DNA of 64,000 bases from NCBI GenBank assembly GCA_949295995.1, contig CASFNK010000002.1, positions 46,286 through 110,285 of the forward strand. The letters are read 5' to 3'. How positions within the stretch are numbered: position 1 is the stretch's first letter; every line of letters begins with the position of its first letter. This document shows positions 9,676 to 23,072 of the stretch, one piece after another. The translations under genes and the position numbers were made by a program. The DNA is from an uncultured Pseudomonadota bacterium (lineage in GTDB: Bacteria > Pseudomonadota > Alphaproteobacteria > RF32 > CAG-239). The notes below the pieces were generated by a model. It was not told the origin of the DNA. It worked only from the letters and a program-made list of their open reading frames with translations, and did not search any database.

Positions 9676-10847
9676 TATTCAACGACCAAGTTAGAAAGAG
9701 GCACCAGAGCAAAGGGTTTCTCGATTTCGGTAATATTTTGTTCTTTCATTTGCTCGTATGAGAGTTGCGGAGAAAAGCTCTTAAACCAGTTATTAAGAGC
9801 CAAAATTGCCGATGGCTTAGGTTCTGTTACAATAATGACTCTTCCCTTCTCACGGGCGATATTTTCAGCCTCAGCTAATAGACTTTCTACCCCTTTGCGG
9901 CTAAAATCATTTTCAATCAAAACATCGGCCTTTATTCTCGCTAAATTATCAATTTTCATATTATTGATAAAATCTTCACCGCTGGCATCAAGCATAAGCA
10001 GCCCTCTTTTTTGCAATTTAGCCAACAGAGCCGAGAGTTGTTCAACATTGCTGTCATCAGCAATTCCTTGAGAAACAACCATACCGCCGACGGCAAAATT
10101 TCCGCCGATTGTTGTTAGTAATCGCCAGAGATTTTCCTCAAAACTGGTGGTTAAACTCATTGATAACGGACCACTGTCAGATTTCAAATAATCTTTAGAG
10201 GGGAGTAAAAAATCCATATAAGTCTCATGCCCCATATTGCGGGCATAAATCACTTGGTCTTTAATATTCATAGCGTATGGCGAAAAAGAGAAACTGACTT
10301 CATCAGGCAAACCATCGGCAATAAGTGCTGCATTAGCTTGATTAACACCGTAATTTTTAACCACGACTGCAACCCTAAAGAAGCGAGGCATAACGGCTAC
10401 TTTTTTGCCATAAGCCTCCCAAGGTTTTAGCTTTCCGTCGATTTTAGGAAGATAAAGCTCCCCTTTCTCTTCAATCAAATCAGGATTAGGTTCCACAAAA
10501 GCCAAAGGATTTTTGTTTTGCGCCTTACCCAAAGCAGTTAAATGCGGCAGATTTTTCATAGCCTCTTGCAAAGGATCAATTTTTTCTTCGTCTTTTTTAG
10601 TAACCTCATTTTCCTGAATAGCTACTTTTTCAACATCATCTTTTTTTGCCTTAGGGTTTCTATCCGGCAAAGTGATTACATATTTAGGCGATTTATTTTT
10701 TGTATCATAAATAATTTGCTCAATTTTAGATCGATACTTAGGCTCGCTTTTTTTGCTGGCAGAAAAATAACCAATCGCAATTAAACTGGCAATTGTCAGC
10801 AAACCAACCAGTATCAGAACTTTTATGGCATTAAGTTTTTTGAGCAA
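9675..10847 (-). CDS. Divergent polysaccharide deacetylase family protein (YibQ-like), N-terminal TM anchor
   Basis: N-terminal TM helix and C-terminal YibQ-like region. Lies downstream of envC/ctpA, as yibQ follows envC in E. coli. Confidence 0.65.
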   Translation of the reverse strand: MLKKLNAIKVLILVGLLTIASLIAIGYFSASKKSEPKYRSKIEQIIYDTKNKSPKYVITLPDRNPKAKKDDVEKVAIQENEVTKKDEEKIDPLQEAMKNLPHLTALGKAQNKNPLAFVEPNPDLIEEKGELYLPKIDGKLKPWEAYGKKVAVMPRFFRVAVVVKNYGVNQANAALIADGLPDEVSFSFSPYAMNIKDQVIYARNMGHETYMDFLLPSKDYLKSDSGPLSMSLTTSFEENLWRLLTTIGGNFAVGGMVVSQGIADDSNVEQLSALLAKLQKRGLLMLDASGEDFINNMKIDNLARIKADVLIENDFSRKGVESLLAEAENIAREKGRVIIVTEPKPSAILALNNWFKSFSPQLSYEQMKEQNITEIEKPFALVPLSNLVVE

Positions 10848-10848
10848 A

Positions 10849-12162
10849 TTACTTCCCTTCGTCTTCTAAACCTGTTTTATACAAATTCAAAGCCTTTACC
10901 AAATCAATCGCGCGTGAGAGTTGGTAATCTTTAGCCAATTCTTCGGCTTCTTTCTTTTGTTTTGCCGCGTCTTTAGAGCTTTTATCCGTATCATTTTCAT
11001 TTTTCAAAGCATTGCTGAATTCGGCTTCACTAAAAGCGGCACCGGTATCAATTACTTCAACTTTTGCCGGTTTAACTTCCACATCGGGTTCAATACCTTT
11101 AGCCTGAATAGAGCGCCCCGAAGGGGTATAATATCTTGCGGTGGTCAAACGCATAGCCCCATATTCTCCGAGAGGAATGACGGTTTGCACAGAGCCTTTA
11201 CCGAAAGATTTCTCGCCCAAAATAATAGCACGTTTGTGGTCTTGCAAAGCTCCCGCCACAATTTCAGAGGCCGAAGCCGAACCGTCGTTTATTAAAACCA
11301 CAATCGGCAAACCCTGAGCAATATCACCTTTTTTAGCACTATATTTGACAGTATCTTCTTCGTTTCTGGAACGGGTAGAAACAATCTCACCCTTATCTAG
11401 GAATAAATCAGAAATATTAACGGCTTGGTCAAGCAAACCACCTGGATTGTTTCTGACATCAATTACAATACCTTTAAGTTTTTTACCTAATTTCTTTTTA
11501 GCGTCTTTAACGGCTTTTTCAGTCATTTTATCGACATCATCGCTAAATGATGAAATACGAATATAAACGACATCATCGGCTTTAATATCATTTTTAACCG
11601 ATTGAATTTTAATTTCTTCACGCTTGAGAGTAACCTCTAAAGGTTTTTCATTAATTCTGCGAATAGTGAGTTTAACTTTTGTGCCGACTTTACCGCGCAT
11701 TTTATCAACGGCGTCATTAAGAGACATACCCATAACAGCTTCATCATCAATATTTGTGATGTAATCACCGGGTTTAATACCGGCTTTAGAGGCAGGGGTA
11801 TCATCAATCGGCGAAACAACTTTCACCAAACCGCCTTCCATTGTAACTTCAATCCCCAAACCGCCGAATTTTCCTTGAGTTTGCTCACTCATATACTTAA
11901 AGCTTTGGGCATCTAAAAAGCTCGAATGCGGGTCAAGGGCAGATAACATACCGTTAATAGCTGATTCAATCAATTTCTTATCGGATACTTCTTCGACGTA
12001 AGAAACTTTAGCGCGTTCCATCACTTCGCCAAACAAGTTGAGCATTTCGTATGTATCGACATCATCGGTTTGCTCTTTAGCTTTTTTAGCGGCATCAGCC
12101 ACGGGAGCTGTCCAAACAAACCCTAACATTAACAAAACAGCAAAAGAAATTTTATTCCGCAT
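10849..12162 (-). CDS. ctpA: Carboxy-terminal processing protease (S41)
   Basis: Signal peptide, PDZ domain, S41 motifs GSASASEIVAGALQD and FGKGSVQT. Confidence 0.9.
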   Translation of the reverse strand: MRNKISFAVLLMLGFVWTAPVADAAKKAKEQTDDVDTYEMLNLFGEVMERAKVSYVEEVSDKKLIESAINGMLSALDPHSSFLDAQSFKYMSEQTQGKFGGLGIEVTMEGGLVKVVSPIDDTPASKAGIKPGDYITNIDDEAVMGMSLNDAVDKMRGKVGTKVKLTIRRINEKPLEVTLKREEIKIQSVKNDIKADDVVYIRISSFSDDVDKMTEKAVKDAKKKLGKKLKGIVIDVRNNPGGLLDQAVNISDLFLDKGEIVSTRSRNEEDTVKYSAKKGDIAQGLPIVVLINDGSASASEIVAGALQDHKRAIILGEKSFGKGSVQTVIPLGEYGAMRLTTARYYTPSGRSIQAKGIEPDVEVKPAKVEVIDTGAAFSEAEFSNALKNENDTDKSSKDAAKQKKEAEELAKDYQLSRAIDLVKALNLYKTGLEDEGK

Positions 12163-12173
12163 AACACAATCCT

Positions 12174-13436
12174 TTAATTAGCAAACCACGATATCGGGTT
12201 AATCGGGTGATTTTTGTTTCTGAGTTCCATATAAAGTCTGGAGTCATCCTCTTCGGGCATCAAACCGATAGGTTCTCCGGCCAAAAGCATTTGTCCGACA
12301 TCACAATCTATTGAATCCAAACCGGCCAAGAGCGAAGTATAGCCTTTGCCGTGTTCAATAATGATAAGGTTTCCGTATCCTCTGAAAGGACCGGCAAACA
12401 AGACTGAGCCGTCAAACGGAGCAATAACCTGAGCTTTCGGTCTGGTTTTGATAATAATACCTTTAGAGCTGACGCCTTTGGCGGTTTCTTGTCCGTAAGC
12501 GGTTATGATATTTCCTCTAGCCGGACGAGAAAGTTTGCCTTTAGCTTTCACAAAATTATCACCAATTTCACTTATAACCTCAGGATTAAATTTAATCAAG
12601 TCGGCAGTTTGCACCTGTTCACGCTTTTGGCTTTCCAGAGCTTCTTTTCTTTTTTGTTCTTCCAGAGCGGCCAAACGTTTGCGTTCTTCTTCCTGACGAC
12701 GAAGTTTTTCCTGACGTTCTTTTTCAAGTTTGTTGAGTAAGTCGCGCAAATCTTGAGCTTGGGAAGCAAGGGCTTGAACACGTTTTTTGGCTTTTTCGCT
12801 TTTAACTTCGACCACGTTTCTGAGTTTTGATTTTTTCTGCACCAAAACTTTCATTTCTTCATGTTCTTTTTCAAGTTTTTGCTTTTGTTTCATAATTCTT
12901 GAAACTTGTTTTTCCACTTGTTTCTTTTTGGCCTGCAGGCTTTCTAAATCTTTTCTGATACGATTGGCATTTTCTTCCAAATAAGGCACGGTTTCGCGCA
13001 GCAACATGGCACTACGAATAATTTCCACCGGACTAAGCGGTTGCACAAACAAAGATTCTGTAGGTTTTAAGGCTAAATTTTGCAATGCCGATAAAGTCTT
13101 GATTAAATTTTCATCTTCCGACAGAAACGTTTCTTCGGCTGTTTTTAGATTAGTCGTCAACTCTTCAAGTTCCGCCTCCATTTTGGAGAGGGATTCCTCG
13201 CGATATTGAATCATCTTGGCAGATTTAATCATTTGTTGATTAACTTGCTTTAGTTCTTTATTTATCTGCGAGGCCTGTTCTTTTAGGCGTTGATGTTCAA
13301 GATTTTGTTCCTTAACTTGTTTTTCGACTTTTTCCAAGTCTTTTGAGGAAACCTTTTGTGCATTGGCAACCTCAAGCATAAGAGCCAAAGCCCCTATGCT
13401 TGCTAAAATCAGTTTATTCAGTCGCCAAAGTTTCAT
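12174..13436 (-). CDS. envC: EnvC-like murein hydrolase activator (coiled coil plus M23/LytM domain)
   Basis: Signal peptide, long Lys/Glu/Gln coiled coil, C-terminal LytM region GYGNLIIIEHGKGYTSLLAGL. Confidence 0.8.
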   Translation of the reverse strand: MKLWRLNKLILASIGALALMLEVANAQKVSSKDLEKVEKQVKEQNLEHQRLKEQASQINKELKQVNQQMIKSAKMIQYREESLSKMEAELEELTTNLKTAEETFLSEDENLIKTLSALQNLALKPTESLFVQPLSPVEIIRSAMLLRETVPYLEENANRIRKDLESLQAKKKQVEKQVSRIMKQKQKLEKEHEEMKVLVQKKSKLRNVVEVKSEKAKKRVQALASQAQDLRDLLNKLEKERQEKLRRQEEERKRLAALEEQKRKEALESQKREQVQTADLIKFNPEVISEIGDNFVKAKGKLSRPARGNIITAYGQETAKGVSSKGIIIKTRPKAQVIAPFDGSVLFAGPFRGYGNLIIIEHGKGYTSLLAGLDSIDCDVGQMLLAGEPIGLMPEEDDSRLYMELRNKNHPINPISWFAN

Positions 13437-13442
13437 AAGGTT

Positions 13443-14978
13443 TTATTTCTTAATCAACAAAGAGTTTCCGTTCATCTCGGCAGGTTTTGCAATTCCGAGC
13501 AATTCGAGCAAAGTCGGAGCAATATCAGCCAAACGACCATCACGCATAGCGGTAATGTCTTTTGGCCCGTTTACCAAAATGGCTTGAACTTTTCCGACCG
13601 TATGAGCGGTGTAAGGTTCACCGGTTTTTTCATCAACCATTTTTTCGGCATTACCATGGTCAGCGGTAACAAGCAACACACCATCAACATCTTTAATGGC
13701 CTTAACCACGCGTCCCAAACATTCATCAACTGCGGCCACAGCTTTCAAAACGGCATCCATTTTACCGGTATGTCCGACCATGTCGCCGTTTGCAAAGTTG
13801 CAGATAATGACGTCGAATTTTTTGTTTTCGATGGCATCAACCAAATTATCTGTAACCTCATAAACGCTCATTTCAGGCTTGAGGTCATAGGTTGCGACTT
13901 TCGGACTCGGAATAAGAATACGGCTCTCACCTTTGAATTCTTTTTCTTCACCACCGTTAAAGAAGAAGGTAACGTGAGCATATTTTTCGGTTTCGGCAAT
14001 ACGCAGTTGGGTTAAACCATGTTCGGCAACAACTTCACCGAAAATATTTTTGAGAGCTTCGGGACCAAACATGGTTTTCATAAAGCGGTTATGGTCAACC
14101 GAATATTCGGTCATACCGACAGCCATCGAAAGGTTGAAGGTTTTTTTGCGTTCAAAACCGTTAAATTCTTTGTCAGCCAAAGCATAAAGAATTTCGCGGG
14201 CTCTGTCGGCTCTGAAGTTGCACATCAAAACGGCATCCCCGTCGGCAAATCCTTTGTAGTCGCCGATAACGCAAGGCAAAACAAATTCATCGGTAACTTT
14301 TTCGTTGTAAGAATTTGTGATAGCCTCGTCAGCGGTTTGAGCGTGCTTTCCTTCAGCCAAAGCAATAGCGTTGTAGGCGGCTTCAACTCTGTCCCAACGT
14401 TTATCGCGGTCCATGGCGTAGAAGCGTCCTGAGATTGTGGCAATTTTAACTCCTTTAAGCGAGCTGATTTCTTTTTCAAATTCAGCCAAATATTCTTTAG
14501 CCGAAGCCGGAGGCGTATCACGCCCGTCCAAAAAGGCGTGAACATCAACATTGATACCTTTTTCAGACAAGACTTTGCACAAAGCAACAATATGGTCCAT
14601 TGAGGAGTGCACCCCGCCCGGAGACATCAACCCCATCACATGGCAGGTTTTAGAATTTTTGTGCAAATCATCGATTAATTCATTGAGCACCGGATTTTGA
14701 GCAATAGATCCGTCTTTAATGGCTTGGTCGATTCTCGGCAAGTCTTGCATAACGACACGACCTGCGCCCAAATTCATGTGGCCGACTTCTGAGTTTCCCA
14801 TCTGACCTTCGGGCAAACCAACAGCCAGCCCGTAAGTTTCGATTAAGCTATGCGGATATTCTTCCAAATATTGGTGCCAATTAGGCGTTTTGCCGTTTTC
14901 AATGGCATTATCGGGCGTAACCGGACGGCGATAACCCCAGCCGTCCAAAATCAGTAACATAACAGGTTTTTGTGTCAT
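13443..14978 (-). CDS. gpmI: 2,3-bisphosphoglycerate-independent phosphoglycerate mutase
   Basis: LILDGWG, MGNSEVGH and ADHGNAE motifs. 511 aa. Confidence 0.95.
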   Translation of the reverse strand: MTQKPVMLLILDGWGYRRPVTPDNAIENGKTPNWHQYLEEYPHSLIETYGLAVGLPEGQMGNSEVGHMNLGAGRVVMQDLPRIDQAIKDGSIAQNPVLNELIDDLHKNSKTCHVMGLMSPGGVHSSMDHIVALCKVLSEKGINVDVHAFLDGRDTPPASAKEYLAEFEKEISSLKGVKIATISGRFYAMDRDKRWDRVEAAYNAIALAEGKHAQTADEAITNSYNEKVTDEFVLPCVIGDYKGFADGDAVLMCNFRADRAREILYALADKEFNGFERKKTFNLSMAVGMTEYSVDHNRFMKTMFGPEALKNIFGEVVAEHGLTQLRIAETEKYAHVTFFFNGGEEKEFKGESRILIPSPKVATYDLKPEMSVYEVTDNLVDAIENKKFDVIICNFANGDMVGHTGKMDAVLKAVAAVDECLGRVVKAIKDVDGVLLVTADHGNAEKMVDEKTGEPYTAHTVGKVQAILVNGPKDITAMRDGRLADIAPTLLELLGIAKPAEMNGNSLLIKK

Positions 14979-15115
14979 TTATAACTCACTTTCAACAATA
15001 AAAAATCTTCTGCAAAAGAGCAGATTTTAATCAATTAAATTTGTAACGTATTATATATAATAAAAACGAATAAAAAAGCACTATTTTTATTGTTCAAGCA
15101 CAATTTTTTGAGCTT

Positions 15116-16933
15116 TTACTCCTCAGCTTGCGGGCTATGTGCTGCGAGCATGACTTTGCGCCAAATTTCTGCGGGCAGGGAGCTTCCGCCGACGTTTTTC
15201 ATTGGCGAATTGTCATCATTTCCGACCCATACGGCAGCGATATATTTGTCGGTAAAGCCGACAAACCAGGCATCGCGGTAGTCTTGAGATGTACCGGTTT
15301 TTCCGGCGGCAAAGAAAGGAAGGCGGGCTTTTCTTCCGGTTCCTTTGTTGACAACGGCTTCCAGCATTTTAGTCATATCTTCCACGGCATCTTCATCAAA
15401 AATTCTATTCGCTTCGGTAGTATCGCGCATATAGAGCTGATAACCGTCTCTAGAATAAATTTCTTTAATGGCATAAGGCCAGGTAGCAAAACCACCGTTG
15501 GCAATGGCGGAATAAGCCACGGCCATGTCAATGACTTTGACTTCGGATGTTCCCAAAGCCAAAGACGGGCTGTTTTGAATAGGAGTTGTAATGCCGGCTT
15601 TTTTAGCTATTTTGATAATGCTGGAAGAGGAGAGCGATTGCGCCAAATTAATCGTTGCCAAGTTATATGATTTTGCCAAGGCTTCCCTAAGAGAAACTTC
15701 ACCATGATATTTTTTATCAATGTTTTCAGGTTGCCAGTCGCCGATGGATATCGGAAAATCGTCGATTTTATCTTCGGGTTTGTAGCCGTTTTTCAAAGCG
15801 CAGAGATAAACAAAAGTCTTAAAAGAGGACCCCGGTTGCCGCAAAGCATTTATGGCGCGGTTAAATTGGCTTTTATGATAATCCACGCCGCCGACCATGG
15901 CTTTAATGGCCCCTGTTTTATCCAACACCACGATTGCCCCTTGGGTAACATTTTTGTTCTTGTTAGCTTTAATTGTTTGGGTCAAAACTTTGTCGGCTGT
16001 TTCTTGAATATATTGGTTGAGTGTGGTGTAAACATAGATATCGTTTTCTCTTTCGCCGATATAAGCGTTTACATCACTATACACCCAGTCGGCAAAATAT
16101 TTTCCACCCTCGACTTTATCCGAGATAAGCGCGCCGGTTTTCATTTTAAGAGCTTGCTGACGTTCTTCTTCCGAAATATAGCCTTCATCGACCATATTTT
16201 GCAACACGACGCGAGCTCTCTCTTCGGCTCTATCGGGGTTAGCGGCAGGGTTATACCTTGTCGGTGCCTTAAGCATTCCGGCCAATATAGCGGATTCTTT
16301 AAGGTTAAGGTCAGCCGATGTTTTCTGAAAATATTTATTGGCGGCGGCTTCAATACCATAAGTTCCGGCGCCCAAATAAACTCGGTTCAGGTACAAGGCC
16401 ATAATCTGGTCTTTGGAAAATTTATATTCGAGCCAAAAGGCCAAGAGTAATTCTTGAATTTTGCGTTTGATGTTTTTGTTTGGTGTTAAAAAGAGGTTCT
16501 TAGCCACCTGTTGGGTAATTGTGCTTCCGCCTTGGGCATAGCGTCCTTTAATAAGGTTCACCACCATCGCTCGCGAAAAGGCAATCATGTCAAATCCAAA
16601 ATGCTGATAAAAACGTCTGTCTTCGGTGGCAATAATGGCTTCCACCATGTGTTTTGGTAAATAATCGGGCATCACGATAGCCGAATACACTTGCCCGTAA
16701 GTCGCCACCTCGTTGCCGTTTTCGGCGGTAATGGTGGTGGAGGGTTGTCTGGTTCTAGTAACCGCTTGTTCAATATCGGGCAATGTCAAAAAGCAATAAG
16801 CTAAATAGCCGACTAAAGTTATCACCAAGTAAGCGAAAAATTTTAAAAAGATGTATCGATTCGCAACTCTTTGTTTTGACTCTCTTTTTTTCCGTTTTTT
16901 GGTGGTCTTTTTCTTTTTCGTCGTTTTTGCCAT
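15116..16933 (-). CDS. Class A penicillin-binding protein (glycosyltransferase GT51 plus transpeptidase)
   Basis: GT51 motifs EDRRFYQHFG and GGSTITQQ. Transpeptidase motifs SSFK, SYN and KTGTS. Basic N-tail plus TM anchor. Confidence 0.88.
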   Translation of the reverse strand: MAKTTKKKKTTKKRKKRESKQRVANRYIFLKFFAYLVITLVGYLAYCFLTLPDIEQAVTRTRQPSTTITAENGNEVATYGQVYSAIVMPDYLPKHMVEAIIATEDRRFYQHFGFDMIAFSRAMVVNLIKGRYAQGGSTITQQVAKNLFLTPNKNIKRKIQELLLAFWLEYKFSKDQIMALYLNRVYLGAGTYGIEAAANKYFQKTSADLNLKESAILAGMLKAPTRYNPAANPDRAEERARVVLQNMVDEGYISEEERQQALKMKTGALISDKVEGGKYFADWVYSDVNAYIGERENDIYVYTTLNQYIQETADKVLTQTIKANKNKNVTQGAIVVLDKTGAIKAMVGGVDYHKSQFNRAINALRQPGSSFKTFVYLCALKNGYKPEDKIDDFPISIGDWQPENIDKKYHGEVSLREALAKSYNLATINLAQSLSSSSIIKIAKKAGITTPIQNSPSLALGTSEVKVIDMAVAYSAIANGGFATWPYAIKEIYSRDGYQLYMRDTTEANRIFDEDAVEDMTKMLEAVVNKGTGRKARLPFFAAGKTGTSQDYRDAWFVGFTDKYIAAVWVGNDDNSPMKNVGGSSLPAEIWRKVMLAAHSPQAEE

Positions 16934-17012
16934 AGATTAAGTCCTTGCACCGATTCGCAAAATATTTTACAACTAGCTTTATAGCTACCACAAATAAGTT
17001 AAAGGAAAATTT

Positions 17013-17207
17013 ATGAACACTGTTTCCGTTACACTTTCTGCCGATTTGTATGAGAAATTGCAAACTCTGTCGCAAAACCATAACTGTACGGTTGAAGAGA
17101 GTTTGCAACAAGCCGTTGCGGAATATGTTGAAAACAATGAATTTTCTACCGATGTGAACAGTGTTTCTTTAGCGGAGCGTTCGTTTTTTTTCCAAGCAGC
17201 GGAATAA
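17013..17207 (+). CDS. Small ribbon-helix-helix (CopG/Arc-like) protein
   Basis: AAGGA SD 8 nt upstream. N-terminal VSVTLSADLYEKLQTL..CTVEESLQQAVAEYV fits a beta-strand, helix, helix RHH pattern. Confidence 0.4.
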   Translation: MNTVSVTLSADLYEKLQTLSQNHNCTVEESLQQAVAEYVENNEFSTDVNSVSLAERSFFFQAAE

Positions 17208-17292
17208 GTCTGAAGCAACGCTTGGTATTTTTTAATTTCTGCATTATATTGAACGCATAAATTAATCAATCATCCTAATCAAGTGAGAGAAG

Positions 17293-20058
17293 ATGACCAA
17301 AAAAGTATGCCTAATTGATGGTTCGGGATATATTTTCCGAGCATTTTATGCCCTTCCGCCTTTGACCAGTCCGGACGGAATTCCCGTAAACGCGGTTTAT
17401 GGTTTTACCAATATGTTTATGCGCCTGACGCAAAAAATCAAAAGCGACTATTGGCTGGTGTTGTTTGATGCCAAAAGGCAAAATTTCCGCAACGATATTT
17501 TTCCCGATTACAAAGGCACAAGAAAAGAAATTCCTGAGGATTTAATTCCGCAGTTTGAGATTATTCATCAAGCGGTAAAGGCTCTTAATTTACACTTTTT
17601 GGATATGGAAGGCTATGAAGCCGACGACCTAATCGCCACTTATGCCGCGCAATCTCTGCAAAAAGGCTATGAGGTAACGATAGTTTCGGCCGATAAAGAT
17701 TTGATGCAGTTGATACGTCCCGGCGTCGAGTTTTTTGACCCGATGAAAGACAAATATTTTACGCCTGAAGATGTGCGTGAAAAGTTTGGAGTATATCCCA
17801 ATCGCGTGGTCGATGTCCAAGCTCTGGCAGGGGATAGCACCGATAATATTCCGGGCGTTCCGGGTATTGGGCTCAAAACCGCTGCCGAACTCATCAATCA
17901 GTTTGGCTCCCTTGGCGAGGTTTTGGCTCGCGCTGAAGAAATCAAACAAAACAAACGCCGCGAAACCTTAATCGCAAATAAGGATAAGGCGGAAATCTCA
18001 CTCCAATTGGTAACCCTTAAAGCAGATGTTCCCACCACCCAGCCGATTGAGGATTTTCCTTGTCAAAAACCAGACCTGGGTACCATCATGGATTTTGTCT
18101 CGCGCTATGGGTTTAATTCCATTCGTCCAAGGGTTGAAAAATGGGTTTCTGAACGCTGTTCCGAAGAAGGTGAGAACACTGTATTTAAAACGCAGCCTCA
18201 AGAGATAAAAGCCAATTACCAACTTGTGCAAGACGAAAAGACCTTAAAGCTCTGGGCCGAAAAAATCAAGCAAACCGGCTATTTTGCCTTTGATACCGAA
18301 ACCAACGGGCTTAATCCGCAGTTTGACAAGATTGTGGGCTTTTCTATGGCGACTTCTGCCAGCGAGGCTTGCTATGTTCCGCTCAACCATTTCAAGAGTG
18401 ACGAAAAGTCAAATTTAGACCTCTTTGGCTCTAATCAAACAAATGCTCCGCAACAATTAAGCTATGAGATTATCTCCAAATATCTCAAACCTTTGTTTGA
18501 GGGCAAGTCGATACTCAAAATCGGCCATAACATCAAATTTGATATGCACTTTATGCAACAAGTTTTAGGCGCTGATTGCATAATTGCGCCTTATGATGAC
18601 ACGGCAGTTATTTCTTATGTCTTAGATGGTACCGAACACGGCCATGGGCTTGATGAATTAGCCAAAACCTATTTTGACCACCAAATGATAGCTTATGAGG
18701 AGGTTTGCGGCTCAGGCAAAAACAAAATCACTTTTGATAAGGTTGAATTAGACAAAGCCTTGGCTTATGCCGCCGAGGACGCAGACTTTACCTTGCGTTT
18801 GCACCAAGTCTTAAAACCACGCCTGTTTTCGGAGCACCAAATGAGTGTTTATGAAGACCTTGACCGCCCCTTGGTTCGTATTTTGCAAACTATGGAAAGT
18901 GCGGGCGTAAAAGTCAATCGTGAGAATTTACGCCGCTTGAGTGCTGATTTTGCCACCAAAATGCAAGATTACGAGCAACAAATTTATCGCCTTGCCGGAG
19001 AGGAGTTTAACATCGCCTCGCCCAAGCAAATCGGCGATATCTTGTTTGGTAAACTAGGTGCCAAGGGCAAAAAAACAGCAACAGGAGCATGGCAAACCGG
19101 TGCCGAGGTACTAGAAGATTTAGCCGCCGAAGGCAATGAACTCGCCGCCCGCATTTTGGATTGGCGCGCCTTGAGCAAACTCAAATCCACTTATACCGAT
19201 GCCCTAACCGAGCAAATGGATAAGGCAGATCGCGTCCACACCACCTATAATCAAATCACCACCTCAACCGGACGTCTGGCGTCCAATAACCCGAATTTGC
19301 AAAATATTCCTATTCGCAGTGAAGAGGGCAAAAAAATTCGCGAAAGTTTTGTTGCTTCCAAGGGCTGTAAGATTGTTGCGGCAGACTATTCTCAGGTTGA
19401 ACTTCGGCTCATGGCGGTGGTAGCCAATGTCCACGGGCTCAAACAAGCCTTTGCCGAAAACAAAGATATTCACGCTTCAACCGCCGCAAGAGTTTTTGGC
19501 GTGCCTTTGAGTGAGGTCACACCCAATCAACGCCGCCATGCCAAGGCCATAAATTTTGGTATTATTTACGGCATTTCGCAGTATGGCTTGGCCAAGCAGA
19601 TTGATGTCTCCACCGAGGAGGCCAAGGCTTATATTGACGCTTATTTCCGTGAAATGCCCGAGATAAAACAGTTTATGGAAGACACCAAAGCCTTTGCTCA
19701 CAAAAACGGCTATGTCCTAACGCCATTTGGGCGCAAATGCACGGTAAACGGAATAAATGATAAGAATAAGCGTATTTCCATGAACGCTGAACGTGCGGCG
19801 ATAAATGCACCGATACAAGGCGGTGCGGCCGATATTATCAAAAGGGCGATGAACGCTGTATTTAAAAAATTGCAACAAGGAAATTTCAAAACCAAAATGC
19901 TCTTGCAAGTGCATGATGAATTGGTGTTTGAAGCACCCGAAGAAGAGGTTGCCGCCGTTTCAGAGATGATAAAAGAAACCATGCAAACCGTGGTGAATTA
20001 TGATGTTCCTTTTATTGCCGAAGTCGGTATCGGCGACAACTGGGCGCAAGCGCATTAA
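17293..20058 (+). CDS. polA: DNA polymerase I
   Basis: 5'-3' exonuclease domain, 3'-5' exonuclease motif FAFDTETNGL, polymerase motifs ADYSQVELR and QVHDELVFE. Confidence 0.97.
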   Translation: MTKKVCLIDGSGYIFRAFYALPPLTSPDGIPVNAVYGFTNMFMRLTQKIKSDYWLVLFDAKRQNFRNDIFPDYKGTRKEIPEDLIPQFEIIHQAVKALNLHFLDMEGYEADDLIATYAAQSLQKGYEVTIVSADKDLMQLIRPGVEFFDPMKDKYFTPEDVREKFGVYPNRVVDVQALAGDSTDNIPGVPGIGLKTAAELINQFGSLGEVLARAEEIKQNKRRETLIANKDKAEISLQLVTLKADVPTTQPIEDFPCQKPDLGTIMDFVSRYGFNSIRPRVEKWVSERCSEEGENTVFKTQPQEIKANYQLVQDEKTLKLWAEKIKQTGYFAFDTETNGLNPQFDKIVGFSMATSASEACYVPLNHFKSDEKSNLDLFGSNQTNAPQQLSYEIISKYLKPLFEGKSILKIGHNIKFDMHFMQQVLGADCIIAPYDDTAVISYVLDGTEHGHGLDELAKTYFDHQMIAYEEVCGSGKNKITFDKVELDKALAYAAEDADFTLRLHQVLKPRLFSEHQMSVYEDLDRPLVRILQTMESAGVKVNRENLRRLSADFATKMQDYEQQIYRLAGEEFNIASPKQIGDILFGKLGAKGKKTATGAWQTGAEVLEDLAAEGNELAARILDWRALSKLKSTYTDALTEQMDKADRVHTTYNQITTSTGRLASNNPNLQNIPIRSEEGKKIRESFVASKGCKIVAADYSQVELRLMAVVANVHGLKQAFAENKDIHASTAARVFGVPLSEVTPNQRRHAKAINFGIIYGISQYGLAKQIDVSTEEAKAYIDAYFREMPEIKQFMEDTKAFAHKNGYVLTPFGRKCTVNGINDKNKRISMNAERAAINAPIQGGAADIIKRAMNAVFKKLQQGNFKTKMLLQVHDELVFEAPEEEVAAVSEMIKETMQTVVNYDVPFIAEVGIGDNWAQAH

Positions 20059-20087
20059 TGCATTATCAACATAAGGAGATAATATTT

Positions 20088-20510
20088 ATGAAAAGTTTTA
20101 TCAAACAGGCTTTAATGCTAGGTGGTTTTTATTTTGTTATTTCCTTATGTTTTTCCTTTATTAGCAATATGATAGGGGAAATTGCCAATATGGCGCTCTT
20201 ACTTGTTTTTGTAGTAATGTTGCTGATTTTATGTTTCAAAAAAGAGTACAAGTTTATAAGTTCTTTTCAAAACAAATTTTCCAAAACAAGTAATTTCATA
20301 GAAGCTTTTGGATACCCTGAATATTTCGGAACTATCTTTATCACAATCCCTGGAATAATTTATGGATACAAGGCGGGGATGGCGCAATATAACGGTTCTA
20401 AAATGCCTTTGGCCCCAGTTGCATATCTGCACTATTGTAATTATATTTACGTTGCAATTTTGTGCTTATCCGTTATCTGGGCAACATATAAAAGTTTTAT
20501 AAAAAAATAA
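20088..20510 (+). CDS. Hypothetical integral membrane protein
   Basis: AAGGAG SD 8 nt upstream of the ATG at 20088, preferred over the 20058 start. About four hydrophobic helices. No recognisable family. Confidence 0.45.
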   Translation: MKSFIKQALMLGGFYFVISLCFSFISNMIGEIANMALLLVFVVMLLILCFKKEYKFISSFQNKFSKTSNFIEAFGYPEYFGTIFITIPGIIYGYKAGMAQYNGSKMPLAPVAYLHYCNYIYVAILCLSVIWATYKSFIKK

Positions 20511-20524
20511 GCCTAAAATCCATC

Positions 20525-20557
20525 AAAAAAAAACCGCTCACGAAGAGCGGCTTTTTT
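20525..20557. terminator. Bidirectional intrinsic terminator between the membrane ORF and gyrB
   Basis: CCGCUC-acgaa-GAGCGG hairpin flanked by an A-run upstream and a T-run downstream. Confidence 0.6.
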
Positions 20558-20570
20558 GCTTTTAAGCGGG

Positions 20571-23072
<2,502 letters not shown>

